Source: the human T2T-CHM13v2.0 reference genome, Homo sapiens
DNA: 64,000 nucleotides
Assembly (NCBI RefSeq): GCF_009914755.1
Contig: NC_060931.1
Direction: 5' to 3' (one strand)
Made by a program: the position numbers and the translations under genes. The notes beneath the pieces were generated by a model that did no database searches, was not told the origin of the DNA, and was given only the letters and a program-made list of their open reading frames with translations. Shown in pieces: positions 30,841 through 44,732 of the stretch. Position 1 is the first letter of the stretch, and each line of letters begins with the position of its first letter.

Positions 30841-32369
30841 GCTCACAAAGCTGCACACTTACAACTATCTGATATTCAAAAAGGCCAACAAAAAAAAGCA
30901 ATTGGGAAATGACTCCCTATTCAATAAATAATGCTGGGATAACTGGCTAGTCATATGCAGAAGATTGAAGGTGGATCGCTACCTTTCATCATATACAAAA
31001 ATTGACTAAAATAGATTAAAGATTTAAATGCAAGACCTCAAACTATTAAAATCCTGGAAGACAACCTAGAGGAATTGGATAAGTTCCTGGAATCACACAA
31101 TCTCTGAAAATTGAATCAATAAGTGATTGAAACCCTGAAATTTCAGCTTCTGAAATTGAATCAGTAATAAAGAACCTACCAACCAAAATGTCCTGGACCA
31201 GATGGATTCACAGCTGAATTCTACCAGATGTACAAAGAAGAAATGATACTAATCCCACTGAAACTATTCTAAAAAATTGAGGAGGAATTGCTCCTTCCTA
31301 CCTCGTTCTATGAAGCTGGCATCAGCCTGATACCAAAATCTGGCAGAGACACAAAAAAATAGAAAACTTCAGACTAATCTCTGTGATAAACAGATACAAA
31401 AACCCTCAAGGCTAATATCTTCTCAATATTGGCCTTGGAAAATAATTTTTGGCTAGGTCTCAAAAGTAATTGCAATAAAAACAACGATTGACAAGTGGGA
31501 CCTAATTAGACTGAAGAGCTTCTGCACAACAAAAGAAATTACCAACAGAGCAGATAAGCTACAGTATGGGAAAAAAATGTGAACAAACTATACATCTGAC
31601 AAAGGTCTAACATCCAGAATCAATAGAGAATTCACCAAGCAAATAACAAGCAAAAAAACTCCAAAAACCCCATTAAAAATGGGCAAAGGACATTAACAGA
31701 CACTTCTCAAAAGAATACATGCAAGTAGCCAACAAATATACAAAAAATGCTGACCATCACTGATGATTAGAGAAACGTAAAATCAAAACCACAATAAGAT
31801 GATACCCTCCTCACACCAGTCAGAATAGCTATTATTAAAAAGTCAAAAAACAACAGATGCTGGTGAGGCTGCAGAGAAAGGAGAACGCTTATACATTATT
31901 GGTGGAAATGTAAATTAGCACAGCCACTGTGGAAAAGAGTCTGAAGATTTCTCAAATAGTTTAGAACAGACTACCATTAGACCCAGCAATATCACTACTG
32001 ACTATATACCCAGAAGGAAATAAATTATTCTACCAGGACTGTGCCTCTTAAATAAGAATCACTCTTCTGTCTCTTCTGCCTTTATTCTTCCAAATCAATT
32101 GCTTTAAGATGACCACAGTCCTCAAATCCCCTTAAACTAATTTTTACTCTAATCTCTAACACTCCCACAGTAGATTCCCCTCCCACTAGATTTAGTAATG
32201 TTCCCCATTTACTGCACAAAAGTTTTAATTCTGAGCATAATTTTTTTCCTATATTTAGTAGCCACTAATGGGTTGTATTCTTCAATTACTTGACATCTGC
32301 TTACACCCTCCTTGAAAGCTGATTTGTGCCCTCTGCAGTTCAATTGTGGGGTTGGACCAGCAAATAAAC

Positions 32370-32371
<2 letters not shown>

Positions 32372-32428
<57 letters not shown>

Positions 32429-32625
32429 ATTTATTTATTTATATATACATAACACTTTAATATATATAACCAATTTATATATATATAACCAATTTATATA
32501 TATAACCAATTTTTATATATATATAACCAATTTATATATATATATATAACCAATTTATATATATATATATAACAAATTTATATATATATATATATATAAC
32601 ACATTTATATATATATATATATATA
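32372..32625. repeat. (TA)n plus a TATAACCAATTTA-type minisatellite
   Basis: Directly visible. Confidence 0.97.
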
Positions 32626-32722
32626 ACACTTTAAGTTCTAGGGTACATGTACACAACGTGCAAGTTTGTTACATATGTATACATGTGCCATGTTGGTGTG
32701 CTGCACCCATTAACTCGTCATT
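32626..32722 (-). mobile_element. ~95-bp L1PA4/5-like extreme 3' end
   Basis: 'actttaagttctagggtacatgtacacaacgtgc...cccattaactcgtcatt'. Confidence 0.93.
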
Positions 32723-33155
32723 AAATTTCTAGTCTTTTCCTAGTCTTTTCAGCAGTTTGATGTTTGATGTCTTCTGACTTTCAGTCAGGTAATAGTTTTT
32801 CTGAACAGAGTTTTAGGAACTTATTTTCAAGAAATAGTAATATAAAAGATCCAAACTGTTTCACTAATTTACAGGTAATTGACAGTTTAATGTATCCTCC
32901 AAATTTTAGGGAAACTCCCTGTTCATTTCGAAATATCAACTTCCAAATACTTTCTTCTATCTTTATGTCTAAATATTATTCTAGAAATGTATACATAAGT
33001 ATAAAATTCCTTTCATATCTATGTATTCTTTGACATATACTGGGAGTATATAGGACTAAAAACATCAAATATATTTAAAAGCAAGTAGTCCACTAAACCA
33101 ACAACATTTCATTTAAGGCAGACAATATGTTTGCTTTATTAAGAACTACATACAG

Positions 33156-33507
<352 letters not shown>

Positions 33508-33756
33508 TCAGGCATCTTTTTGAGTATCTAATTAGATATTAAAACCACTTTCTCGAGCATTTCTCTAGAAATCTTACTCATTTCATAATTTCTAAGTACA
33601 TAGAATTTATTAAAAGCCTAAACTTCCTACAGATATGTGTGCTGCAAGAATATGTGTTGAAGAAGCAGGGCAAGTCTCCAAAATACATATTTCTTTCTTA
33701 CAGAAAAGAATAGTTTGAGCTGAAGGCAATTGAGAAAAAAAAAGAATAGAAACTAT

Positions 33757-34195
33757 TGTCAACTTAAATAACGAGAGGAAGACTCTCTAAGAGAAAATAT
33801 TTATTCAGTAATAGTCCTTGCAGTGGGAATACATGTGCCATAATAAATTATGTGTCTATTCAGAGAAGTAAAGGGAGACAAAGATTTAAAGGAATAATTA
33901 GGAGGATTACACAATTGTTTTGAGATAATTATCCTTGGCTGCAAGGATCAATAACAAGGGTGGTACCAGTTTGAGGTTGGGCAGGGAGTTCTGGGCAGAT
34001 GTGATTACACAGAAGTATTTTTTATGTAAGGTTGTGATGACCTTTATACAAGGTTATGATTTTTGCAGAGTCTTCTGTGACGTTTTGGTTTTCAAGCATT
34101 TGTGCATGAAGACCCTCTCTTCATGGCCTTCCCTGGCTCTGTTTGTCAGGGTTTGTAACACAAGTAACTCCATTTTGATGCTGATAACTTTCACA
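33757..34195 (-). mobile_element. ERV1-class solo LTR (family not assigned)
   Basis: TG...CA termini; minus strand starts 'tgtgaaagttatcagcatcaaaatggagttacttgtg'; preceded by a short MER34-like piece. Confidence 0.65.
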
Positions 34196-34778
34196 ATATA
34201 AAGCTAACTTTTTATTTTGTTTGGTACATAGTTCGAGATTCATGTTACATAGTTTGTCTACTGAATGAAATTCAGTTATAGCTGATATGCTACTTAAAGA
34301 TGTTTATCGGCTCAGGACAGGATTGTCCATAGTTATAATTCATCCCCTAGATAAAATTTTAGAAGAGTTGAAGATTCCAACCAACCATTATCTTCACATT
34401 TCCTCCCTTACTCTGTCCTTCCACAAATGGTTTCAATGCATATAAGACCTATTAATTTATACATTTTTTACATTCAGAAACAATATTTTGGAAAGTTTAA
34501 ATGCTCTTTGATGTACTGATAACAGTCAACATATTACTTTATAAAATAGGTATGGAATTTTAAAAATGACTAAAGACTTTAGGTAGAACAAGGAAGCTCT
34601 ATGAGAGAAGTCTTAGGTTTAGTAAAGGGATCTGGGGCTAGGGTAGGAAATAAAGGAGTTTCCCTACATTCTTGAAACTCCGCTTGCATAAGAAACTCCA
34701 CTACATTTGTGCCAAGCCAATCTCAATCCTACAACCTTGGACATAAAGACTTCTTTATAATAATACTTGAGGGAAAGT

Positions 34779-35148
34779 TGATATGATTTGGCTACGTTCC
34801 CACCCGAATTTCATTTTAAATTGTAGTTCCCATAATCCCCATGTGTTGTGGGTGGGACCCGGTGGGAGATAATTGAGTCATGGGGGAGGTTACTCCCATG
34901 CTGTTGTCATGATAGTGAGTTCTCACAAGATCTGATGGTTTTATAGGGGACCTTTCCCCCTTTGCTCAGCACTTCTCCTTGCTGCCTACATGTGAAGAAG
35001 GACATGTTGGCTTCTCTTTCCACCATGATTGTAAGTTTCCTGAGGTCTTCCCAGCCATGCAGAACTGTGAGTCAATTAAACCTCTTTCCTTTATAAGTTA
35101 CCCAGTCGTAGGTATTTCTTCATAGCAGCTTGATAATGGACAAATACA
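34779..35148 (+). mobile_element. THE1C/D MaLR solo LTR
   Basis: 'tgatatgatttggct...gtgagtcaattaaacctctttcctttata...aataca'; TSD aaagt/aaact. Confidence 0.92.
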
Positions 35149-36140
35149 AAACTGTTTCACTCCAAGTACATCTTTCATATGTCATGGAAAGATACAGATC
35201 ACTAAACCATGTCATGAATTTTAAACTTGTCAATTTCACCTAATATCAATGTTTTCTTTTGTGAAATAAGGGTAAATATACAGGCATAGAGTATACATTC
35301 TGGTATTATGAACATTTCATTAATGACTCTAAAGTGCCATGTTACATAAATGTTAGCAAAGCTTTGTTCACATGAATTGAGCATCCTATTAGCCTAGTGT
35401 GTATTTGCTTAATTAAGACAGTATTTGTCTTTTTAGAAGTTTTCTTCCTTTTTCTTACTATAAACTTGATCTCATAAACTAGCAGCATGTTCTCAGTAAA
35501 ATGAAAGCAAAATTCTCACAATGAAAAATGGGAAATAATGGAATAAAAGATAATTACTTTATGCTTCTTTAATGATACAATACATTACTTGTTTTACATG
35601 TGTCTGTGCTAACTCATTTCACATTGCTTTCATGAGAGTGTGGAGGAAAAAGTCCAGAGTGAATTCTAGAGTAACTGAAAAGGACCAAGTATGAAAACTT
35701 AGAATAAATAACATTAAAGATCAGGTGTTGGAGGAAACCTTCCTGAGAAATAAATTTGCTACAGACAGAAAAATTTGAAAGCATTGTCTGTGTAATCACT
35801 GTGGTAAAGACAGAGTTTTAAGATGGAAGAAAGGATAAATCTTCTCAAATTCAGCAAAGTAAAGGTAAACATTTAAAAATCAAATGCTCTTTAAGATTTG
35901 TTATTAGGCAGTCATTAGCTTGTTTGTTAAAGATAATTTCAATGGATGGATAGAAAACATGGTTCCAGAATGATTGGGCTTTGAGGTAATGACTTCACAA
36001 ACTATCTACTTTTTCCTATTTTTCAAATGAAATAAGATGGAAAGAGGATTTTTCAGTTGAAGAAGAGACTTTTTTTCTACCCCAGCCAAAGGCAGGGAGG
36101 AGTTGTGAAATGAGGATTATGCCATATTCCCAGAAGGGAC

Positions 36141-36422
36141 TGTGTTGGCTTCATGTGACTGCTACAACAAATTATCACAAACCTAGTGGTGTAACACAAC
36201 AGAAATTTACTCTCTCATAGTTCTGAAGGGCAGAAGTCTGAAATGAGTATTACTCGGCTGATATACAGGTATCAACAGGCCCGTATATCCTTTGGAGGTC
36301 CTAGGGGAGATTTTGTTTCTTACCTCTTCTAACTTCTGGTGGCTTTGGGTATTCATTGGCTTGTGGCCTGAGTATTCACATTCTGCCCAGATACACTGTC
36401 TCTGTCTCTCTCAATCTGTCTC

Positions 36423-36453
<31 letters not shown>

Positions 36454-36648
36454 ATCTTCCTCTGCCTTTTACAAGGATACAGGTGATTGTATTTAGGGCT
36501 GATCTGCATAAAACAGAATAATCTCCCCATCTCAAAATTCTTCATCATGTGTGTGAAGATCCTTTTTTGACAGGTAAAGTTTTAGGGATTACGATGTGAA
36601 TTTTTTTGCCTTTTTGGGAGGAGAGGGTACATTTTTCAGCTCACCACA
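36141..36648 (-). mobile_element. MLT1C/D-type MaLR solo LTR with an internal (TG)n
   Basis: 'acaaattatcacaaacctagtgg...acaacagaaatttactctctcatagttctg...ataatctccccatctcaa'. Confidence 0.82.
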
Positions 36649-36840
36649 GAGATACATATTGAGATTATTCCAATTCCACAAGGAACCATAAATCCTAGGT
36701 TTCTGTAATAGAATCTTAGTTGTTTATTTCTCCCATTTTACCCATCTCTCCTCAGCAGCCATTCCTATTTCCCCTAGTATGAAGAAGAAAGAGAGAAAGA
36801 TCCTATCTCTGTCTTTTTTTTCTCATTGGGAGAAAATAAA

Positions 36841-37085
36841 TGTGGTAGACACAGAGTTATATCCCTATTATACAGCTGCCCCCACTCTTTGCTGAAAGAA
36901 TACCAGTTTGGTTCTGGAGCTCATGCACCTGGGCCCAGACATTGAACCATGATTGGTCTGAGCCAACCACAGTGCTGCTCTCTTCCCCCTTTCCCAGATT
37001 TCATGCAGCCACGTTTGACCAGCGACATGAGCAAGCCTGTGATGGTCCCTCCGGAAAAGGATTGTGCTTTCCTAGTGACAACTTC
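36841..37085 (+). mobile_element. Old MLT1 (MLT1K-like) fragment
   Basis: 'tgtggtagac...gaaccatgattggtctgagccaacca'. Confidence 0.5.
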
Positions 37086-38728
37086 AGGCTCTGAATGGGC
37101 ATGTGCAGGAAGGGGACAAAAGAGGTAGGCAAAGAAGAAAGGGCCTGACATTGAATCATTTTCACTTGATTTGCTGCTTTTCACTGATTAACGGTTTTGA
37201 AGTTTATGGCTTAAGGGCATATGATCCCATTACTAGCAATGAATTTATTTTGCTTCTTTTTCTAATTGGTATTAGTTTTATTAGGTGTTTCAATTAAGAG
37301 ACTATAATCTTAGCTTAACACATCTGCATTTAGCCATGATATTCTGCTTTGACTTTAAATAAATGTGTCTGCCATTCTTTATACAGAAGGCAAAAAAAAA
37401 AAAAAATACGTATACGTGTGGCTTTGTATCTCACCCAGCTTTGGAAATCTGCCTATATGAACACATATAATTATGATCTATGATAAAAAAAGATAAAACA
37501 ATTTGAATTTTGTACCCAAAGGGCTTTTAAAATGTTAGCTCTTGTAAATCTCATTAAAAATCTTAAAAATGGTGCTAAAATTGAATACTGTGCAAACAGA
37601 AAGCTGAATTTCTAAATAATAATATGTTTGAATATTCACAAAGAAATGTGGTCTTAATTATCATTTTCAGAAATAAAAGCAAACAATAGTAAACTAAAAG
37701 CTTAAATCAAAATTAAATGCTATCATGGAGCAGCATTGGAGAAACCTAAAGGGTATGCAAACATAACTGTCTTCTGGTGTTGCCCTCCCCAAATAGGATC
37801 AAAAATTCCAATTATTGTATATTATCTGTCACAGGACAGCAAAGTCCTATTAGTTATGTAGACTGTAGTTGTTGAAATATAAGTGCTCTAGTTTGTATAT
37901 CTCTGAAGAACCATGTCTAATTGAACATGCCTGTTTTAGTCTCTGTTGCCTTTAAAACAATAAAAATCGCTGTCCCTAATGGCAAAAAATCAAGTAGTGC
38001 TGAAAAAGCAAAACTGAAAGGACTGGCAAAGTCCAGAAATTGCAAGTGAAATTCAAAAGGATTTGCATTTGCTGTGTGAGTTGGCTGATGTAGCAAATCA
38101 CATTTAATGCTGACAGCTGTTAAAAATAATGATAAATGGACACCAAAATAAGCAGGTAAATGAAGCAAGCAAACCAGAGTCACTGAGTTCCTAATAGATG
38201 ACAAAAAGCTCTGACATGGGTTAAAATCCTTTGAATGGTAAGAAATGGGGCAGAGAAGGGGGAAATGCAGGAAACGAATTTACAAATCTTCTGAGTTTGA
38301 ATCCTGAGTGTAAATACTGTTTTAACATTAATATTTTATCTCCCTACTTCTGCCCAAAATTGTGGCTAAAATGAAATTAAAATACAAATCATATGCATTT
38401 TTAGATGAAGATGTGTGGATTTATAAACTTCTAGAAAAAAACAAGTCTGAAAGAGAAATTATTCAGCCACATTTTTTAAAACAAGTACTATAGCAAAGGT
38501 TTCAAAATAATAAGCAATAGTTGATGTTGTTTTTCACTCTACCCTGAAAATGCTTAATGTTGACCAAAGGTTGTAGAAAGCTCATCTTATAGGTCTTAAT
38601 ATTAAAAGACTATTTCAAGCCTGATTCATATTGAACCACCTGGTCTCAACATTGTTTCTCGTATATATGGCAAAAAGAAAGATATTTGGGGCAGATGGGC
38701 ATGGATATGAATGGTTTTATGAGCCAAG

Positions 38729-38807
38729 TCAGTATTATAATAGGAATAAGCTATAAGCTTTTCCATCAGTATTACAACAGGAATAAGCTATAAGATTTTA
38801 CATCAGT
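38729..38807. repeat. 37-bp tandem duplication
   Basis: tcagtattataataggaataagctataagcttttcca / tcagtattacaacaggaataagctataagattttaca / tcagt. Confidence 0.95.
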
Positions 38808-41800
38808 TCTAAGTAGGTTGTGTTGCCAGGAGAGTGTATCAAATGATGGTTATACATATGCAGAATCATTATTTTAACCAGGTCTATTTAAAAATAGATT
38901 CATTGCGGATGATTGCATATTTCTATTTGCTAGGATAGACATCTACAAATAGTCTATGAAAGCACTTTGTAAGCTTCAAGGTAGTTTATCAATATGAAAG
39001 AGCATATGCCGCAAATGGTTTATTTGTGGCTGCTTCCCACTGGCCAAAAGCAGGCTTTTAGTTTCTAAACAAATATGATTGTCTTTCTATATAGGTCATG
39101 ATGTGCAAGTCAGGGAACAATGGCTAGCCTAGCATAGAATAGCAAGATAGGTCAGTTTTTGTCAACAGATAATGGGTAGCCAGTCCAAGATTTGTCTGAG
39201 AGTGCAAGGATGGTCACTGTTACTAATAGGCATAAATATAATTTATTTTGTATGTTGATCTTGTATCCAACCACCTTGTCGAACATGTTCATTATAATAA
39301 TGTTCTATATCTGATATTGTCTTCTATAAAAATAATTTAATCACATGTGATAACAGTTTTGACAGCCCTGTGATTTCCTTAACTAATCATGACATCTTTT
39401 TTCTTTGTTTATGTTATTATTGTTTGCTGACACGTCCAGTAAAATATGAAGTAGATGCGGCAACAGTGGGTATCTTTGATTGTCCCTGACTGAATGAGAA
39501 AGATTTCAGTAGTGAACAGTTTTTTTGCTGGAGAATATTAGTAAATAATTTAACAAATTAAGGAAATTTTTTTTCTTCCTAAAAGAAAGCGTTCACCTGA
39601 AAATAACATACATCATATCCACTCACATTTTATTGACCAAAGGAAGTCACACAGAATCATGTCTAACTTCAGACAGGGTAAGAAAATACAATTTCGCCAT
39701 GGCCCAGGAAGCAGCTAGGTCAAAAGATTCAGTGAACAAAAATACTGATTCACGTATTTATTAAGAAATAGTGATTATATGGACTGAGAATGTGGAAGTG
39801 ATGGATATAAGTGAATTTTAACATATTTGCATATACAAGCAACAATCTGTCAAGTGATTAAAAAATGAAATACGTGACTCTTCCAATATGACCAGTAGGT
39901 GATGCAGTCAATTACAGTTATGTGGATGAGTGGGAAAAAACAGGTTTTATTTTTATTGGGGTGGGAGGAAAATCAACTTCATCTGTAAATACAGAAAAGA
40001 AAATTAAAATAATGTGGTATATAACCTTATATCTATTTTGTAATTCTTTATTCTCATTGAGGCAAAGAGAGAATCAGATTCATCAAAATTACAGAACGTA
40101 AAGCTGAAATAATGGATTATATAGTTCTATATATGTTTTCAGTTCACTGCATCTGCTTTTAGTAGTTTAGATACCCAAAGCTCTCTTATGAACTACAAAT
40201 AAGAGAGAAAACTCTATTTCCTTAAGTAGACACACGAGAACAAAAGATGTATAGAAAAGGAAAACTCCCCCTATTTTGCCAAGGCCAAACAGGTGTCTGT
40301 TGGTTGTACCCTTACTTCAAAGTCCACTTTTTCAATGATTCTTTTACAAGGCTCTTGTCAGTTTAAACTTCCTAGCTGTTAGGTACAATGGTGATGTGCT
40401 TCATTTAGCTGTGTCAAGCACATCACTTTATTTCAGTTCCCAATAAAATGATTTCAGATGGAAAGGCATGCTGTGGGGAAGACTTCAAACCAATTAAAAA
40501 GTGACTTACCTTTTAAAAAGATTCAAATTAAGTTTGACAGAAAGTATGGCATCCTGGACCATTCAGATTGCAATTAACTTTGACAATGTTCAATTAATTA
40601 CACCTTTCACTGTGATTATACAGAGACGATATTGCATATTAAAATTTTCTGGACGTTAGCAATTCAAAATTTAGGTCTCCTTTATCTCCAGCTGCAGAGG
40701 TGTATAATTTGACATTTGTCATAAAAAATATTTGTTCCTCCTATAAAAATCATAGATGGCTCCACATGCTTAAAGGATAAAGACCAAAACTTTGAGTACA
40801 TTCAAAACTATTTCATTGTTTAGCTCAAATATTGCTTCCTAGTGTCCTAACCCTATTTTCTACCATATCACCACATAGACAGACACATACCCATATACAG
40901 TACCTCTTAATTTTAACTATACTAAACGTAAACAAATACTTTCAGAGTATTCTTAGGGCTTCAGTTCTGTTTCTTTGTCATTTTTTTTTACCTTCCTATA
41001 GGGTATTCAAATCAAGCTATACCCACTCATATTAGCACTGTAACCTACCATCCACAAGGGTAATATCTCCAATAGCATCTACAAAAAATAAAGGTTTTAT
41101 AAACCAATATCCAGAAAATATCTTGTTTATTTACCCCAACTAAACCACATGCTTATATCTGAACTATTTGCTGTGTTGGAATGTGGATTTTGAGTCTATT
41201 CAAATAAATTCACTGTCAGGAACAGAAAATGGCTGTAGTTAAAGTCAGGTCCCCACCCTAATATCATGGCTGAGCATGAGGACGAGAGTTTCACCAAAAG
41301 TGATAAAATTACAGAAACTGAATATTATCATTTTTATGTCTCATTATCTAGTATTTATATATGTTCAACATACATTTGAAGGGTGAAGGAACTGTGGTCC
41401 TTTATCTTTTATACTGTACTAATAGTTGAAGTTATGCAAATAAAGAAAAATGGATAAAAGTCATAACACTGAGATTATAAAGAAAACCGAAAATTTGTTT
41501 TCCATCATACTTTTCTCTGTATCTGAATGCACCTTTTCCCCATTCTCTTGTCCAGTGCTTTCTTCTTAGTTTCCCTATTCCCATTAACTCTTTCTTCCAG
41601 GTAGAAGGTAACTGCTTATAAAATAAATCCAATGAATGCAAAACATTCCCATTTTAACCAGGGTAATCCAGCCCCACTCTAAACACTTTCTAGCATACAT
41701 AACCCAGTAACCATGTGCCACATTTCAGCTCCACTGAGCCCTCTTCCAGGACCCTTGTGCAATGAACATTTTATACTCCTATCATGTTTAGGAAAAGTAA

Positions 41801-41969
41801 CTGCCTTTCAACTTCTTAGGATCTTATTCCCGCCACAATATTTGCATTTCAAAAGAGAAGAAAATGTCAGCTCAATACCCATTTTATATACACTTTATAT
41901 ACTTTTCCATCTGTATGAGGTATACATATATATCTTCAGTTTGTTTAACCAAACTTTTCCATCTCACAC

Positions 41970-43335
41970 AGATGGAAATGAAAGAAATAAAATGTCTTTG
42001 TTCACCGACAATAACATCGCATAGATAAAAAATCCTAATGATTCTACTAATAAACTACTATAAATTATAAGTGATTTAACAAGTTTGCAGAACATAAAGC
42101 CAATATGCAAAAGTCAATTGTGTATTTCTAAACAACTGTATTGGGGTAAATGTCCTCCACATATTTAATGCATACAATTGGATGAGTTTGGACCTGTGAT
42201 ATACCCATGAAACCATCACCACAATCAAGGTGATAGACATATCAATTACATCCGAAGTTTTCTTTTATCCATCAGGTTTTGTTGTGTTTGATTTTGTGGT
42301 AAGAACACCTAACATAAGATCTACCGTGCACTTAAAAATTTTAAGTGCACAATAGGCACTATGCTGTATATCATATATGTAGAACTAGTTCATCTTCTGT
42401 AGGTGAAACTTTATACTAATTGCACAACATTCCCATGTCCCTCTTCCTCCAGCCTTTGGTAACCACCCAACCGTTCTATTCTCTGCTTTTATGAACAATT
42501 GTTTCTTTATAAACTAGCTATAAATAATTGGAGAATGAAAGTATAAATATGCCATTTGTAATACCATCAAAAATAAAACTATTATGAAGAAACTTAATGA
42601 CAGATATGCAAAGTACCCTATGAAGAAACTTAAAGACTCACATGCAAAGTCTCTACCCTGAAAATCACAAAATATTGGTGAAAGAAATATTAAAAACAAA
42701 AGCAAAAACCTACATAAATGGTAAGCCAACTGGTTCATAGATGGGTAGACTCAATATTGTTAAGACGTTCATTCGTCTAAAATGATTTTTTTGCAATCCC
42801 AACAGCCCATTTTTGGCCGGGTACAATTGAAAACTTGACTCTAAAAGTTTTATGAAAATTCAAAGGGCCTAGAATAGCCAAAAAAATCTTGAAGTTGAAG
42901 AACTTGTACCAGCTCATTTCAGAACCTACTCTATTGGGTCAAGATAGTGTGGTACTGGTGTAAATAAAAATAAATAATAAGTTAGAAAGTTCAGAAACAG
43001 ACCCACACTTCCACTATCAACTGATTTTAATCAAAGAAGCACAGTTAATTAAATGGAAAAGTGAATGGTGCCATAACAGATTAACCATATTTTAAAAAGT
43101 GACCATTGGTCTCTATTTCTAACTGTCCTCAAAATTAAATTCTATATGGATAGATTTAATCATCAATGATATATTATAAGTCTCTAGAATAATTTAAAGA
43201 ATATATCAGAGAATGTTTTCACAACATTGGAGTAGCACTAGTTTTCTTAGAAAGTAAAAAAAGCAATAACAATAAAAAGAAAAAATTTAAACATTGAACT
43301 TTTAAAGTTTAAAATACTTGATCATCAAAAGACAG
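41970..43335 (+). mobile_element. Old L1M ORF2 fragment with a nested antisense L1M 3' end (~42135-42490)
   Basis: 'aaaatgtctttgttcaccgac...aaaatcctaatg', 'tcaatattgttaagac', 'gggcctagaatagccaaaa'. Confidence 0.7.
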
Positions 43336-43864
43336 ACTGGTTATCCTGCCTTTTTAAGGATGGTATTATTTTATTGCTGAACTGGGCAGCTCTACGCTTA
43401 CATGTGTGTTGCCTAAAAGTCTGGTACTGACTTTTGGTCACTATAAGGATGCGATATACTAGCAAATGATTATGATATGTTATTAAAAGTTTGAAGCACA
43501 TCTGGAGACACCTACTACTCCCTTGTCTATGTAGTTTATAAATGTATACACTGGAGGTGTTGTGTTGGTTTAATTAGTTACATCACCTGGCTTTAGCTAC
43601 TTGACAATGGAGTATAAAAGACTCTGCAGCAATTATGCTTTGCCTCTCGTGAAGCTGAGCTATCTCATGCATATCTTGGTAGTTCAAAATCCAAAGAAGA
43701 AAAGAACCTGGAGGACTACAGCTCTAAATTTTCAGGTCTATGGTTGTCTGTGCTTTCCCCTGTTGCGCTTTATTGGATGGTAGGAAATGGTAACCACAGT
43801 TATCTTTTTCCCCATATGATTAACCAGTTGTTATATCATCTTTTGTTGAAAATACTTTGCTTTC

Positions 43865-44027
43865 TCAACAAAAGGTGATGTAACAACTGGTTAATCATAT
43901 GGGGAAAAAATACTTTTGTTGAAAATACTTTGCTTTCTCAACAAATGGTGATGTAACAACTGGTTACATCACTGGCTCAGCTTCACGAGAGGCAAAGCAT
44001 AATTGCTGCAGAGTCTTTTATACTCCA
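43865..44027. other. Complex templated insertion at the L1 5' junction
   Basis: Inverted copy of 43805-43849, direct copy of 43840-43893 and a perfect inverted copy of 43608-43660. Confidence 0.93.
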
Positions 44028-44732
44028 CCTCATACCAGTTAGAATGGCGATCATTAAAAAGTCAGGAAACAACAGGTGCTGGAGAGGATGTGGAGAAACA
44101 GGAACATTTTTACACTGTTGGTGGGACTGTAAACTAGTTCAACCATTGTGGAAGTCAGTGTGGCAATTCCTCAGGGATCTAGAACTAGAAATATCATTTG
44201 ACCCAGCAATCCCATTACTGCATATATACCCAAAGGATTATAAATCATGCTGCTATAAAGACACATGCACATGTATGTTTATTGCGGCACTATTCACAAT
44301 AGCAAAGACTTGGAACCAAAGCAAATGTCCAACAATGATAGGCTGCATTAAGAAAATGTGGCACATATACACCATGGAATACTATGCAGTCATAAAAACT
44401 GATGAGTTCATGTCCTTTGTAGGGACATGGATGAAGCTGGAAACCATCATTCTCAGTAAACTATCGCAAGGACAAAAAACCAAACACCACATGTTCTCAC
44501 TCATAGGTGGGAATTGAACAATGAGAACACATGGACACAGGAAGGGGAACATCACACTCTGGGGCCTGTTGTGGGGTGGGGCGAGGGGGGAGGGATAGCA
44601 TTTGGAAATATAACTAATGTTAAATGACGAGTTACTGGGTTCAGCACACCAACATGGCACATGTATACATATGTAACAAACCTGCACGTTGTGCACATGT
44701 ACCCTAAAACTTAAAGTATAATAATAAAAAAA
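44025..44732 (+). mobile_element. 5'-truncated L1PA4-like element
   Basis: ORF2 C-terminus ([16 protein letters not shown]...SLIGGN), 3'UTR, A-tail; TSD GAAAATA(C/T)TTTGCTTTC at 43848-43864 and 44733-44749. Confidence 0.97.

Larger units (their letters stand above)
28633..32035 (+). mobile_element. Inverted ORF2 segment of the same L1, containing an Alu, a purine tract and an internal duplication
   Basis: Degenerate ORF2 ([26 protein letters not shown]); stops at 'ttctacca' where the minus-strand part resumes ('aagacac'); TSD CTGTGCCTCTT at 32039-32049. Confidence 0.88.

Noticed and set aside
30328-30901. Long K/E/R- or F/L/S-rich ORFs
   Set aside because: These are translations of the GAAA/GGAA microsatellite.
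32372-32625. Repeat-spacer pattern as CRISPR-like
   Set aside because: The spacers are only (TA)n, the context is eukaryotic and there are no cas genes.
43805-43909. Hairpin as a pre-miRNA or MITE
   Set aside because: The loop is the L1 TSD and the right arm lies inside the insertion, so fold-back synthesis explains it. There are no recognisable transposon termini.
44044-44517. Open 157-aa ORF
   Set aside because: It is the C-terminal remnant of L1 ORF2 in a 5'-truncated copy.
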